A DNA stretch of 64,000 bases, from contig NIVC01001199.1 of the NCBI GenBank assembly GCA_002269645.1, positions 62,001-126,000 of the forward strand. Reading direction: 5' to 3'. The DNA is from Macrostomum lignano (Eukaryota). Each line of letters opens with the position of its first letter. The first letter of the stretch is position 1. Of the stretch, positions 1-12,509 are shown one piece after another. The position numbers were made by a program, and so were the translations under genes. Under the pieces are notes generated by a model. It did no database searches, was not told the DNA's origin, and saw nothing but the letters and a program-made list of their open reading frames with translations.

Positions 1-344
1 CTCTACTTCTCAAGCATTGAACGCTTCCCGCGTCAGAGTGTCTGCAGCCTTCATTGGTTCCTTCTCCTGCACCAGAAATCCGATTCCCCAATTCCCCGAC
101 TTACAGTGCGAGACGGAAAAAATACAAAAACAAACACAAAGTCACGTAGCAGCACTGCTGCCCACCGCCCCAGGTTTTATCTCCCTAAGCCTTGAGCTGT
201 CGTGTTTGCTTGGTCAAAACCAAATTTAAGGCGCGAAAAAGATAATTTTCCCCAAACCCGAGATAAGAAATATTTGTTAAGCTTTGCTTGCGCGCACTGT
301 GATCTCCGCCGACTCACTTATTCACACCCTCTCTCTGCCCGCAG

Positions 345-3300
345 AGTCAAGGAGCTCACCAACTACGAGCCGCAGGACCTCATTGAGAAGACTCTGTACC
401 ACTATGTACATGCGACCGACCTGCTGCATATGCGCTATTCTCACTATGTTTGTAAGTCTGGGCAGCGATAAGGCCCGTGTTAAACTGCTGAAACTAATTG
501 GGGGGCTTTCTGGTGCGAACTGTTCCAATAAATCCCCCGATTAGGGCGCCTTCCTATCCCCGATTAGGGCGCCTCCCTATCCCCGATTAGGGCGCCTCCC
601 TACCCCCGATTAGGCGCCTCCCTATCCCCGATTAGGGCGCCTTCCTATCCCCGATTAGGGCGCCTCCCTATCCCCGATTAGGGCGACTTCCTATCCCTGA
701 TTTGGGCGCCTCCCTATCCCCGATTAGGGCGCCTTCCTATCCCCGATTAGGGCGCCTCCCTATCCCCGATTAGGGCGCCTCCCTATCCCCGATTAGGGCG
801 CCTCCCTACCCCCGATTAGGGCGCCTTCCTATCGAACGATTAGGGCGCCTCCCTATCCCCGATTAGGGCACCTCCCTATCGAACGATTAGGGCGCCTCCC
901 TATCCCCGATTAGGGCACCTCCCTATCCCCGATTAGGGCGCCTCCCTATCCCCGATTAGGGCGCCTTCCTATCGAACGATTAGGGCGCCTTCCTATCCCC
1001 GATTAGGGCGCCTCCCTATCCCCGATTAGGGCGCCTTCCTATCCAACGATTAGGGCGCCTTCCTATCCCAGATTAGGGCGCCTTCCTATCCCAGATTAGG
1101 GCGCCTTCCTATCCCAGATTAGGGCGCCTCCCTATCGAACGATTAGGGCGCCTCCCTATCCCCGATTAGGGCACCTCCCTATCCCCGATTAGGGCGCCTC
1201 CCTATCCCTGATTAGGGCGCCTCCCTATCCCAGATTAGGGCGCCTTCCTATCCCCGATTAGGGCACCTCCCTATCCCCGATTAGGGCGCCTCCCTATCCC
1301 CGATTAGGGCGCCTCCCTACCCCCGATTAGGGCGCCTTCCTATCGAACGATTAGGGCGCCTCCCTATCCCCGATTAGGGCACCTCCCTATCGAACGATTA
1401 GGGCGCCTCCCTATCCCCGATTAGGGCACCTCCCTATCCCCGATTAGGGCGCCTTCCTATCCCCGATTAGGGCGCCTCCCTATCCCCGATTAGGGCGCCT
1501 CCCTATCCCCGATTAGGGCGCCTTCCTACCCCCGATTAGGGCGCCTCCCTATCCCCGATTAGGGCACCTCCCTATCGAACGATTAGGGCGCCTCCCTATC
1601 CCCGATTAGGGCGCCTTCCTATCCCCGATTAGGGCGCCTCCCTATCCCCGATTAGGGCACCTCCCTATCCCCGATTAGGGCGCCTCCCTATCCCCGATTA
1701 GGGCGCCTCCCTATCGAACGATTAGGCGCCTCCCTATCCCCGATTAGGGCGCCTTCCTATCCCCGATTAGGGCGCCTCCCTATCCCCGATTAGGGCGCCT
1801 CCCTATCCCCGATTAGGGCACCTCCCTATCGAACGATTAGGGCGCCTCCCTATCCCCGATTAGGGCGCCTTCCTATCCCAGATTAGGGCGCCTTCCTATC
1901 CCAGATTAGGGCGCCTCCCTATCGAACGATTAGGGCGCCTCCCTATCCCCGATTAGGGCACCTCCCTATCCCCGATTAGGGCGCCTCCCTATCCCCGATT
2001 AGGGCACCTCCCTATCGAACGATTAGGCGCCTCCCTATCCCCGATTAGGGCGCCTTCCTATCGAACGATTAGGGCGCCTTCCTATCCCCGATTAGGGCGC
2101 CTTCCTATCCCCGATTAGGGCGCCTCCCTATCCCCGATTAGGGCACCTCCCTATCGAACGATTAGGCGCCTCCCTATCCCCGATTAGGGCGCCTTCCTAT
2201 CCCCGATTAGGGCGCCTCTCTATCCCCGATTAGGGCGCCTTCCTATCCCCGATTAGGGCGCCTTCCTATCCCAGATTAGGGCGCCTCCCTATCGAACGAT
2301 TAGGGCGCCTCCGTATCCCCGATTAGGGCACCTCCCTATCCCCGATTAGGGCGCCTCCCTATCCCCGATTAGGGCACCTCCCTATCGAACGATTAGGCGC
2401 CTCCCTATCCCCGATTAGGGCGCCTCCCTATCCCCGATTAGGGCGCCTCCCTATCCCCGATTAGGGCACCTCCCTATCGAACGATTAGGGCGCCTCCCTA
2501 TCCCCGATTAGGGCACCTCCCTATCGAACGATTAGGGCGCCTCCCTATCCCCGATTAGGGCACCTCCCTATCGAACGATTAGGGCACCTCCCTATCCCAG
2601 ATTAGGGCGCCTTCCTATCCTAGATTAGGGCACCTCCCTATCGAACGATTAGGGCGCCTCCCTATCCCCGATTAGGGCACCTCCCTATCCCCGATTAGGG
2701 CGCCTCCCTATCCCCGATTAGGGCGCCTTCCTATCCCCGATTAGGGCGCCTTCCTATCCCCGATTAGGGCGCCTCCCTACCCCCGATTAGGGCGCCCCCC
2801 CCCCCTATCCCCGATTAGGGCGTGCCCAGAATTGCCGATCTTGGCACTCCTAAATCATTCCTGATAGCTACATGTACATAAATTCTATACCAAACAACAT
2901 TCCATTTCCAACAACCACTTTTTTATTTACAGTGCTCAGCAAAGGCCAAGTTACAACCAAATACTACAGGCTGCTAACGAAGAACGGCGGCTGGGTTTGG
3001 CTGCAGAGCTACATGACTATCGTGCACAATACCCGGTCTTCCAGGCCGCACTGCATCGTTAGCGTCAACTACGTGTTATCGTGAGTGGCCCCGGGACATT
3101 ATGCCAGCAATGTTTTTTATTAATTTAAGAAGAACCAAAAAGAATTACACACGTTTATTCGATTCAAAGTTTAAAAATGAAGACGCCAAAAATTCACTTG
3201 TGAACGAATTTTTGTGACCCGCATATCTTGGAATTGTCACTTAAACCTAAATCGGCCTTCAAATATCTTAGAATTGTCACTAGTACCCAAATCAACCTTC

Positions 3301-4942
3301 AAATATCTTAGAATTGTCACGAGTACCCAAATCGACATTCAAGCATTTCACCGTCAATCGCAAGAGCTGTTCTAATTATGAAAAATTCAAAACATCCGAA
3401 CCCCGCAGGGAGCTCGAGCACCAGAATCTGCAGCTGCAGGCCGACCTGCCGCAGTCGCAGCAGCTGCACCTTCAGTCGACGCCTTCCAGTTGTTCGCAGA
3501 GTTCAACAGTTGGCGGCAAAGAGCCGGCGGCCGAGCCCAGCCTTGCCGGCACCCCGCTGTCTGCCGTGTTCGGCGCTGGCGACTCCAGCGACGCTCCGGT
3601 GACTCCGGCGAAGGCGGCCCCGACAGCGGCCGGTGCTGGCGGCCGGAGCGGCGGCGGCGGCGGCGGCACGAAGGCGCGCGGCGCGTCGAAAGCCGCAAGA
3701 AGCCGCACCGCGCCCTACGTGGCGCCAGCTGCGTCGACAAGATCAGCCGCCACAGGTGCCGGCGCCGCCGGTGCCACCGCGGCAGCCTCAGCAGCGGGAG
3801 CGGCAACTGCTGTTGCCACATCGCAGAAGCAGCAACAGCAGCAGGCAGTCGCTCCGCCAGAACCTGCAGCAGCCGCTGTCGCTTCGTCACCTCTGGTGTC
3901 TCCCGGCTCGGTCTACAGCGGCAGCGGCGGGTTCGCCGCCAGTCAACAGCATCAGCATCAGCTGCTCCAGCATCAGCATCAACAGCACCAGCACCAGCAG
4001 CCGCAATACCTGTCAAACTACTATTCAGGAATGATGGAGGATCCAGCAGCCGCCTACGCCGCCGCCGATGCGGCCGCTTATTCGTCGTCGTCGTGCGGAT
4101 CGTCGGTGGTGATGAAGCAGCAAGCCCAGCATCCGGGATATTACCAGCCAACACCTGCAGGCCGATATGGTCTCGGGCAGCATCACCAGTACCAGCAGCA
4201 CATTCAGCATCATCAATCATTGATGCAGCACCAGCAGTCTGCCGTGATGCACTATAGCGACCATCAGCAGCATCATCAGCATCATCAGCAGCATCATCAG
4301 CAGCAGCAGTTCTCCGCCTCAGCCTACAGTCCGCATCCTTCCAGCGGAGCCAGTTCAGCTTCATCAGTCTCGTCCGCCTCACCCCAGCATCCCAATCTAC
4401 ATCATCATCAGCAGCAGCAGCAGTTGGCAGCAGTTTATACCGGATACCCGGCGCACCAGCATCAGCAGGATGGCAACGCCAACACGCTGTCGGCGGCGGC
4501 CCTGCTGCAGGTTTCGTCCAAGTGCGTCAGCCCGCCGCCGCAGCAGCCGCCGCAGCCGGTGATTGGCTGCGCCCCGCCCGCGATAGACGCTGCGGACCCG
4601 GCCAACAGTCCGATTGCCGGTTACCATGGCTACGGCTCGATTGGGTACGACTATGCCGCATGTATGACCGCGATCGATGGTGGTCATGAGTTCGCGCACG
4701 CATATCCCCAGCATCCAGGCCAGCTGCAGCATCACCAGCAGCTTCATCAGCAGCATCAGCATCAGCAGTTCCACAGCCCGCTGCCAGCGGCGGCACAGCA
4801 GCAGGTGTACAAAGACCTGTCACTGCCCACCAGTGTGATCGTGGAGCCGCACAAGTACCAGCAGCAGCAGCAGCAACAGCATCTTCATCATCTCCAGCAT
4901 CCCGTACAGCCTCCGCTCGCCGCGAACAGTTACGTTCATTGA
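345..4942 (+). CDS. sim: single-minded (SIM1/2-like) bHLH-PAS transcription factor, 3' part; exons 345-451, 2933-3080, 3409-4942 (5' exons lie outside the window)
   Basis: The spliced translation [95 protein letters not shown] matches the SIM PAS-B/PAC region ([39 protein letters not shown]). Splice sites are canonical (cag|345, 451|gtaagt, ag|2933, 3080|gtgagt, cag|3409) with consistent phases. The C-terminus is Q/H/A-rich and ends at TGA 4940-4942. Confidence 0.93.
534..2822. repeat. 23-bp minisatellite (CCCCGATTAGGGCGCCTCCCTAT, with a GAACGATTAG variant), about 100 copies, filling a sim intron
   Basis: A period of 23 reads directly (TTAGG at 541 and 564). The array occupies almost all of intron 452-2932. 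Confidence 0.97.
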
Positions 4943-5629
4943 CCGCCGATTCTGTCAAGGACACCTGAAGCTAGAACTCTGGACACGAAAGCAAAACTCC
5001 GACTATCGAGGGCTCCAATCCAGATTTCGAGCTTACAAGCGTCCATGTATTGTGCAGTCCAGTCAATATTCTACTTGTAAATAATTCTATATTGCTAACA
5101 CAATACATCCTTGTTGTCGTTCTGTTTTCAATCTGTAAATCAATCAGTTTTTAATGTCAATCAATTTGTCGAATTTTAGTTGCAAAAATCTTTGAGAATG
5201 TTTACCTGCGCCCCTGACCGAAACAGTCGCGACCTGGACTGATCTCGATGACCTTGAACAATGACCTTTGCACACACGTGTGCATACTAAATTATAATCT
5301 ACTCTCTTCTAATTGTTGTAGTTGGCAGACCCGATCAGCCGCTGTTCTCCGTACGCGTTAAAAATTTTTCGCCAAACAGTCTGATAGATATGATCGATAT
5401 ATTTAAATATAAATGCATACAAAAATTAACTTTTAATTGTCTTGTCTAGCGCTTGCCTTGTGGTCCTGTGTCGTTTAAGTGATTCAGACATTGTCTCTGA
5501 AGCTTCTATTTTATGCGTTTATTTATTTCTGAGTTTATACTTTTTCAGAACCGATTAATAGAGATATTCAGAAGTAGACATCTATGAGCGCATTCTGATT
5601 TCAGAGATCTATAGATACTTAGTGTAAGA

Positions 5630-6790
5630 GATTTATAGGCAGATTCAGGTGCTGAGATCTATAGGCACATTCAGGTGCAGATATCTATAGACAGATTCAG
5701 GTGCAGAGATCTATAGGCACATTCATGTGCAGAGTTCTATAGGCTGATTAAGGTGCAGAGATCTATAGGCACATTCAGGTGCAGAGATCTATAGGCAGAT
5801 TCAGGTCCAGATATCTATAGACAGATTCAGGTGCAGAGATCTATAAGCAGATTCAGGTCCAGATATCTATAGACAGATTCAGGTGCAGAGATCTATAGGC
5901 ACATTCAGGTGCAGAGATCTATAGGCAGATTCAGGTGCAGAGATCTATAGGCAGATTCAGGTGCAGAGATCTATAGGCAGATTCAGGTCCAGATATCTAT
6001 AGACAGATTCAGGTACAGAGATCTATAGGCAGATTCAGGTGCAGAGATCTATAAGCAGATTCAGGTCCAGATATCTATAGACAGATTCAGGTGCAGAGAT
6101 CTATAGGCAGATTCAGGTCCAGATATCTATAGACAGATTCAGGTGCAGAGATCTATAGGCAGATTCAGGTCCAGATATCTATAGACAGATTCAGGTGCAG
6201 AGATCTATAGGCACATTCAGGTGCAGAGATCTATAGGCAAATTCAGGTGCAGAGATCTATAGGCACATTCAGGTGCAGAGATCTATAGGCACATTCAGGT
6301 GCAGATATCTATAGGCACATTCAGGTGCAGAGATCTATAGGCACATTCAGATGCAGAGATCTATAGGCACATTCAGGTGCAGAGATATATAGGAACATTC
6401 AGGTGCAGAGATCTATAGGCAGATTCAGGTGCAGAGATCTATATGCACATTCAGGTGCAGAGATCTATAGGCACATTCAGGTGCAGAGATATATAGGAAC
6501 ATTCAGGTGCAGAGATCTATAGGCAGATTCAGGTGCAGAGATCTATAGGCACATTCAGGTGCAGAGATCTATAGGCAGATTCAGGTGCAGAGATCTATAG
6601 ACAGATTCAGGTGCAGAGATCTATAGGCACATTCAAGTGCAGAGTTCTATAGGCACATTCAGGTGCAGATATCTATAGGCACATTCAGGTGCAGAGATCT
6701 ATAGGCAGATTCAGGTCCAGATATCTATAGGCACATTCAGGTGCAGAGATCTATAGGCAGATTCAGGCCCAGATATCTATAGGCAGATTA
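5630..6790. repeat. 26-bp minisatellite (ATTCAGGTGCAGAGATCTATAGGCAG/C)
   Basis: Period 26 (AGGTGC at 5881 and 5907), about 44 copies. Confidence 0.96.
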
Positions 6791-7296
6791 TTACTTGTCA
6801 GGTAAAGTAAAATACAAAACCCATACTTTTTCAACTTGAAGACAAAAATGCTAACAGAAATGAAGGCCTCTGTAGCAGAGGCTCCTCTTGTGGATATGAA
6901 AAATCAGCAAGCAAAAATCTAACTGTATGCCTTACACACACCCGAGAGCAAACACCTCATTCCTGTCTCACTTCTCACCCCTCATAGCAGCAGTTCCGCA
7001 GCAGCTCGTGCAGGGTTGCGGGGCGGGGGGTTACGAATAAAGAAGAGGGACCTTTTTATATCCCGACCTAGGGGAGATAAGACACGGCCTGTGTATGCTA
7101 TAGTAAAGATGCTTTGCGATCCTAGCTATAGTGTAATAGAGAGGCCGTGGAAAGAAGATCCTTATAAATAGAGGCACCAACCAACGTGTCTTTTTAAAAG
7201 GGATTAATAAAGAGACTGAAATCCTCTATCCATGTGTGGCACTGACACTCCCAATCTCGAGGAATAATCCTGTAGCTAGCAATATCAATCAAAGAG

Positions 7297-7299
<3 letters not shown>

Positions 7300-7333
<34 letters not shown>
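7300..7333. repeat. (TAA)n microsatellite
   Basis: About 11 perfect TAA units immediately before the SINE head. Confidence 0.9.
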
Positions 7334-7336
<3 letters not shown>

Positions 7337-7337
7337 C

Positions 7338-7710
7338 GCAGGGGTTGTAGCCCAGTGGTTGGAGTGTCGCACTCACGACTGAAAGGTCGGGGGTTCGATT
7401 CTTGACTCACTCGGAACAATTTGTGTCCTTGAGCAAGACACTTAACTCTGCATTGCTTCAGTTCACCCAGCTGTAAAATGGGTGCCAGCATTAGCTGGGG
7501 CAATTGAGGCTGTGTGTGGCGACCCCCCAGTCCTTGGACTGAACAGCCGTACGCAGCCTTCAGATGCGCCGCGCAATAGCTGCGGCTGAGCTGTCGGTTG
7601 CACATCTGCCCATTGTCGGCATTGTCGGAGGGCTGCGGACCCCTGGCGCAACGCCTTCGGGGACATTATCCCACAATCATCGCTGAGGCAATTCCGCAGA
7701 CTAAACACAA
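7338..7710 (+). mobile_element. tRNA-derived SINE with a CORE (MIR-like) central domain; 3' boundary uncertain
   Basis: Pol III A box TAGCCCAGTGG at 7348-7358 and B box GGTTCGATTC at 7392-7401. These are followed by TGTGTCCTTGAGCAAGACACTTAAC...CTGTAAAATGGG (7422-7482), which aligns without gaps at about 47/61 to the MIR CORE consensus as I recall it. Confidence 0.7.
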
Positions 7711-9017
7711 TTTATCTCTATTCATAGCTCGTATATAAGGAACAAATCATCACTTTTTAAATTCTTGAAAGTGAAAGTTGTCACTTTCACTGTAAGACTA
7801 TCAATGTGACATTGTGATGCTTTTTAAACGATCATTTTTGACCAGCTTGCAGCTGCCTATATTTTGTTCTGGGATTAAAAGTATTAGCATATAATTGCCA
7901 GCAGAGCCATTAAAGAGACTCAAAATCTTCTTAGCTGAAAAAAACGCGAACAAGCTCCAACCTGATCTAAACTGTTCGCGCCTCATCAATGCCATTCTCA
8001 GGAAGGGGGATATTTCTAGCTTCGCTCCTCCGCGTAGAGCAGAAGCAACAATATATGATTATTAATTTGCACCGAATAACCCCATCTCCTTCACACACCT
8101 CTGGGGCCCGCAATCATAAAACAGGTTGCCGACAAAAGAGGCGAGCTCGCATTGTTAAACATAAAAAATGATGACTAATGGATTAGATATTAGCTAAGGT
8201 GAATTAATCCGTTTCAATTAGCTAAACGTTCTGTTTTCTCATTTGAATGATTTGCAGGCTAAAAAACTGCAAACTGCCTACCTGGTTAAAATGCAGTTTT
8301 TAAAGCGATATTGAAATTTAAAATAATAAAAATTAGCAAAATTAGAGGCTAAACTGAATCCAGGCATACTGAATGAACTCGCACAGCGCAGGGTGCCAAC
8401 ACAGAAATCGAGACCCCCCCACTCCACCGAAAACACGCGGGCCAAAAAACCTGCTCTCTAAAAGAAGATTAATGACCTCGGAGCGTGATTTTAATACCGA
8501 AAATATTCGCTAAAACACGAAGGGCAGAGGGGAGAGAGAGAGTGAGTGGGAGAGAACCGAGCGCCCGCACAGATCTCACATATTCCCCCAGCCATAGATC
8601 CCAGCTGCTGCTCAGAAACTGCTCACACTCCTATATCCTGTCCCGGATAAACCTCTCCTTATCTTGGCAAACTAAGTCCTCGAATATGCCAATAATACCT
8701 CATGCTCCAATGGCATAGAGCCCTCAGAGCATCACTGTATTGCATTTGTCAACCAAATTGATAATTCAAATCTTTATTGCATAGAAGTCTATGTAAAAGC
8801 TCAAAAATTTAATAGAGAGAGAGTCTATGAGAGAGGTTGCTGCTAGGATCCTTATTTATTTATTTATGCTGATGTCTATGACCGCTTGGCCATAGACAGA
8901 AGCTGTTTAGAATCTATAGTAAAGATGCTTGAATGGGATTTTAGGCATTTAGGCAACTTAGACTTCGATTTTTTTCTGTGTAGCTAGCGTCATACTACTC
9001 CCAAGTATGAGTAGAAA

Positions 9018-10950
9018 AAGTAACATATTGTTTAGCTTTTTTGGAAAAAGTCTGATAAAAAATGTACAAAAGAACTTATTGAAGACTTCAGATAATTTTT
9101 TGAACGATACGTGCAAAGTCTCCAGCCCTTTGCAGCAGGTGACAAACATATATATTATCATTGGTACATTATTGTCGAGGTCGATTATTAAAGGTATCGC
9201 AGTTTAGTTGAAGAGTTCAACAAGAAGCATGAATAAACAATTGATATTGGAAAAGCTTATGAAAAAATAAAGCATAGAAAATATAAGAATAGAGGTGCAC
9301 AATGACGGTACTGCTACTAAGAATCCTTAAAAAATGAACCGATACAATTTGGATTAAGGTGCTAAGCTACGTAAAGCCTTTACAGTTTACATGCAAGAAA
9401 AATTATGCTTTTTTCAAGAAAACGAGCAGAAACGAGAATATTTAAGAAATCTGCATTTAGAAATTTTAGGTCACTGAGGCACGATGGGAAACTTAGTGTA
9501 CACTGAGGCCCGATGGTGAGTGGGGGCTTGGCCTGGGGGGCGAGTGTACACTGAGGCCCGATGGTGAGTGGGGGCTTGGCCTGGGGGGGGGGCGAGTGTA
9601 CACTGAGGCCCGATGGTGAGTGGGGGCTTGGCCTGGGGGGGGCGAGTGTACACTGAGGCCCGATGGTGAGTGGGGGCTTGGCCTGGGGGGGGCGAGTGTA
9701 CACTGAGGCCCGGTGGTGAGTGGGGGCTTGGCCTGGGGGGGGCGAGTGTACACTGAGGCCCGATGGGTGAGTGGGTGCTTGGCCTGGGGGGGGGCGAGTG
9801 TACACTGAGGCCCGATGGTGAGTGGGGGCTTGGCCTGGGGGGGGGCGAGTGTACACTGAGGCCCGATGGTGAGTGGGGGCTTGGCCTGGGGGGGGGCGAG
9901 GGTACACTGGGTTAACTTCAAAGTAACATATTGTTTAGCTTTTTTGGAAAAAGTCTGATAAAAAATGTACAAAAGAACTTATTGAAGACTTCAGATAATT
10001 TTTTGAACGATACGTGCAAAGTCTCCAGCCCTTTGCAGCAGGTGACAAACATATATATTATCATTGGTACATTATTGTCGAGGTCGATTATTAAAGGTAT
10101 CGCAGTTTAGTTGAAGAGTTCAACAAGAAGCATGAATAAACAATTGATATTGGAAAAGCTTATGAAAAAATAAAGCATAGAAAATATAAGAATAGAGGTG
10201 CACAATGACGGTACTGCTACTAAGAATCCTTAAAAAATGAACCGATACAATTTGGATTAAGGTGCTAAGCTACGTAAAGCCTTTACAGTTTACATGCAAG
10301 AAAAATTATGCTTTTTTCAAGAAAACGAGCAGAAACGAGAATATTTAAGAAATCTGCATTTAGAAATTTTAGGTCACTGAGGCACGATGGGAAACTTAGT
10401 GTACACTGAGGCCCGATGGTGAGTGGGGGCTTGGCCTGGGGGGCGAGTGTACACTGAGGCCCGATGGTGAGTGGGGGCTTGGCCTGGGGGGGGGCGAGTG
10501 TACACTGAGGCCCGATGGTGAGTGGGTGCTTGGCCTGGGGGGGCGAGTGTACACTGAGGCCCGATGGTGAGTGGGTGCTTGGCCTGGGGGGGGGCGAGTG
10601 TACACTGAGGCCCGATGGTGAGTGGGGGCTTGGCCTGGGGGGGGCGAGTGTACACTGAGGCCCGATGGGTGAGTGGGTGCTTGGCCTGGGGGGGGGGCGA
10701 GTGTACACTGAGGCCCGATGGTGAGTGGGGGCTTGGCCTGGGGGGGGGCGAGTGTACACTGAGGCCCGATGGTGAGTGGGGGCTTGGCCTGGGGGGGGCG
10801 AGGGTACACTGAGGCCCGATGGTGAGTGGGTGCTTGGCCTGGGGGGGGGCGAGTGTACACTGAGGCCCGATGGTGAGTGGGGGCTTGGTCGGGGTTGGGG
10901 GCGAGTGTACCTGGAGGCCCGTGCTTGGCCTAGGGAGCGAGTGTACACTG
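9018..10950. repeat. Direct tandem duplication (903-bp offset) of about 470 bp of AT-rich unique sequence plus a G-rich 48-53 bp minisatellite (GTGTACACTGAGGCCCGATGGTGAGTGGGGGCTTGGCCTG(G)nCGA)
   Basis: TAACATATTG at 9021 and 9924; array starts at 9495 and 10398. The unique parts appear identical by eye. Confidence 0.93.
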
Positions 10951-11689
10951 AGGACTGATTTGTATGGGTCCAGCGCAGGGTAATAATCATTAAACCGATT
11001 GAGCTAAGCCTGGATACAATAGCAGGGCAAGATAGAAGATTTCGCTTAATGTCGTATTAAAAAAAAGAAATATATTAATTACACGATGGGGAGTATATAA
11101 TATAATATTTTCAAAAGAAAGAATAGCGATAAGAAAATGCATACGAGATGAAGAATATAGGAAAAACGACTGACTGAAGAGCAATGTTTTATCCAGGGCT
11201 AGCAATTATTTTTAATAAAAGAAAATTTAAAGTGTAAGTGATACCAATAGTATTCTAGTGGAGTTCACAAATAACTAGTCTACGACTCTACTCAGTAGTT
11301 TACTGGTGGCAACTTTATTTTTCTAGACTAATATATTAAAACAAACGAACTAATCATTGTCTTTTGGTATAACTATAAAGCAGTATAAACGAGAGAAGTA
11401 CGAGAGAAGTGCATGAAAAATATGGTTATGGGAGTTTCGCAGAAAATAAATTGTGGGCGCTTGGAATTTCCCTAATGGCTAACAACGAATAAAGAATACC
11501 CCTAGCAGCTCAACAACTATAGACAGTTCTATTTAACAGAACAGCCATGCGGAATTCTCCTTAGCAGCGCAACTATAAGAAGTTCCCATTAGCAACGCAA
11601 CTAATTACCTTGAAAACACAGCCGTAACAAATTCTTCTTAGAAATAACTATCAGAAACCCACCTAAGCAACACAACCATTCGGGATTCT

Positions 11690-12030
11690 CCTAGGCAACT
11701 CGACAATATTGGATTCCTCTTAGCAGCTCGACCATTTGGAATTTCCCTTAGCAACTCGACCACATGGGATTCCCCTTAGCAACTCGACCATACGGGATTC
11801 CCCTTAGCAACTCGACCATATGGGATTCCCCTTAGCAACTCGACCATACGGGATTCCCCTTAGCAACTCGACCATACGGGATTCCCCTTAGCAACTCGAC
11901 CATATGGGATTCCCCTTAGCAACGCAACCATATGGGATTCCTCTTAGCAACTCGACCATATGGGATTCCTCTTAGCAACTAGACCATATGGGATTCCCCT
12001 GAGCAATTCAACCATAAGGAATACCTTTAG
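11690..12030. repeat. 28-bp minisatellite (GGGATTCCCCTTAGCAACTCGACCATAY) with degenerate flanks from about 11450 to 12090
   Basis: Period 28 (GGGAT at 11766 and 11794). Confidence 0.92.
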
Positions 12031-12509
12031 AAACACAACTATAGAGAATTCCCCTTTGTATCACAACTATAAGGAATTACCATTAGCAGGGGAAGACAGG
12101 ATTTTGTCCAGGGATTCCGTGCAGAAACACAAATAGTAGTCTAAGTTAAAAAGATGAATAGAAGCAAAACTTTGCATACAGGTTTATGAAATTCATGAAC
12201 CATAGAGAAAAACAACACTATATGACACAATCAGCAATTTCTTGAATTTTGTTCGTTGTTTGAAAAGAATAGAAAGGTTTACAGTGATTAAACCATCGAA
12301 TGAAATAATCAACGCCAATAAGTAGAAATTGTCTGAATAGAATAGATATAAAAATATATTATTTGTGTTTTAAGAGCGCGCCCTATAAACAAACAGCAAA
12401 CTATTCAGTATAAATTTTCATACACTAATGTAAAATTTGAATAGTCAGATCACGACAACAGGCTACAGGTTGCTCAGATTGCAAATCGAAGACAAAAAAA
12501 CCAAGACAA

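Noticed and set aside
3378-4964. Overlapping alternative-frame and antisense ORFs over sim (similar ones over VAP, innexin, EGF, NEK2 and RARS2)
   Set aside because: Expected shadow ORFs of GC-rich coding exons; no motifs.
7338-7410. tRNA gene
   Set aside because: A and B boxes are present, but the acceptor and T stems do not pair; it is a SINE head.
7090-9360. Possible LINE 3' remnants (shared TATAGTAAAGATGCTT and GGATCCTT motifs at about 7100, 8900 and 9300)
   Set aside because: No reverse transcriptase motif could be read; insufficient evidence.
9380-10990. Pro-rich ORFs; also ORFs at 19007-19724 and 61659-62172
   Set aside because: Minisatellite translations with no domain content.
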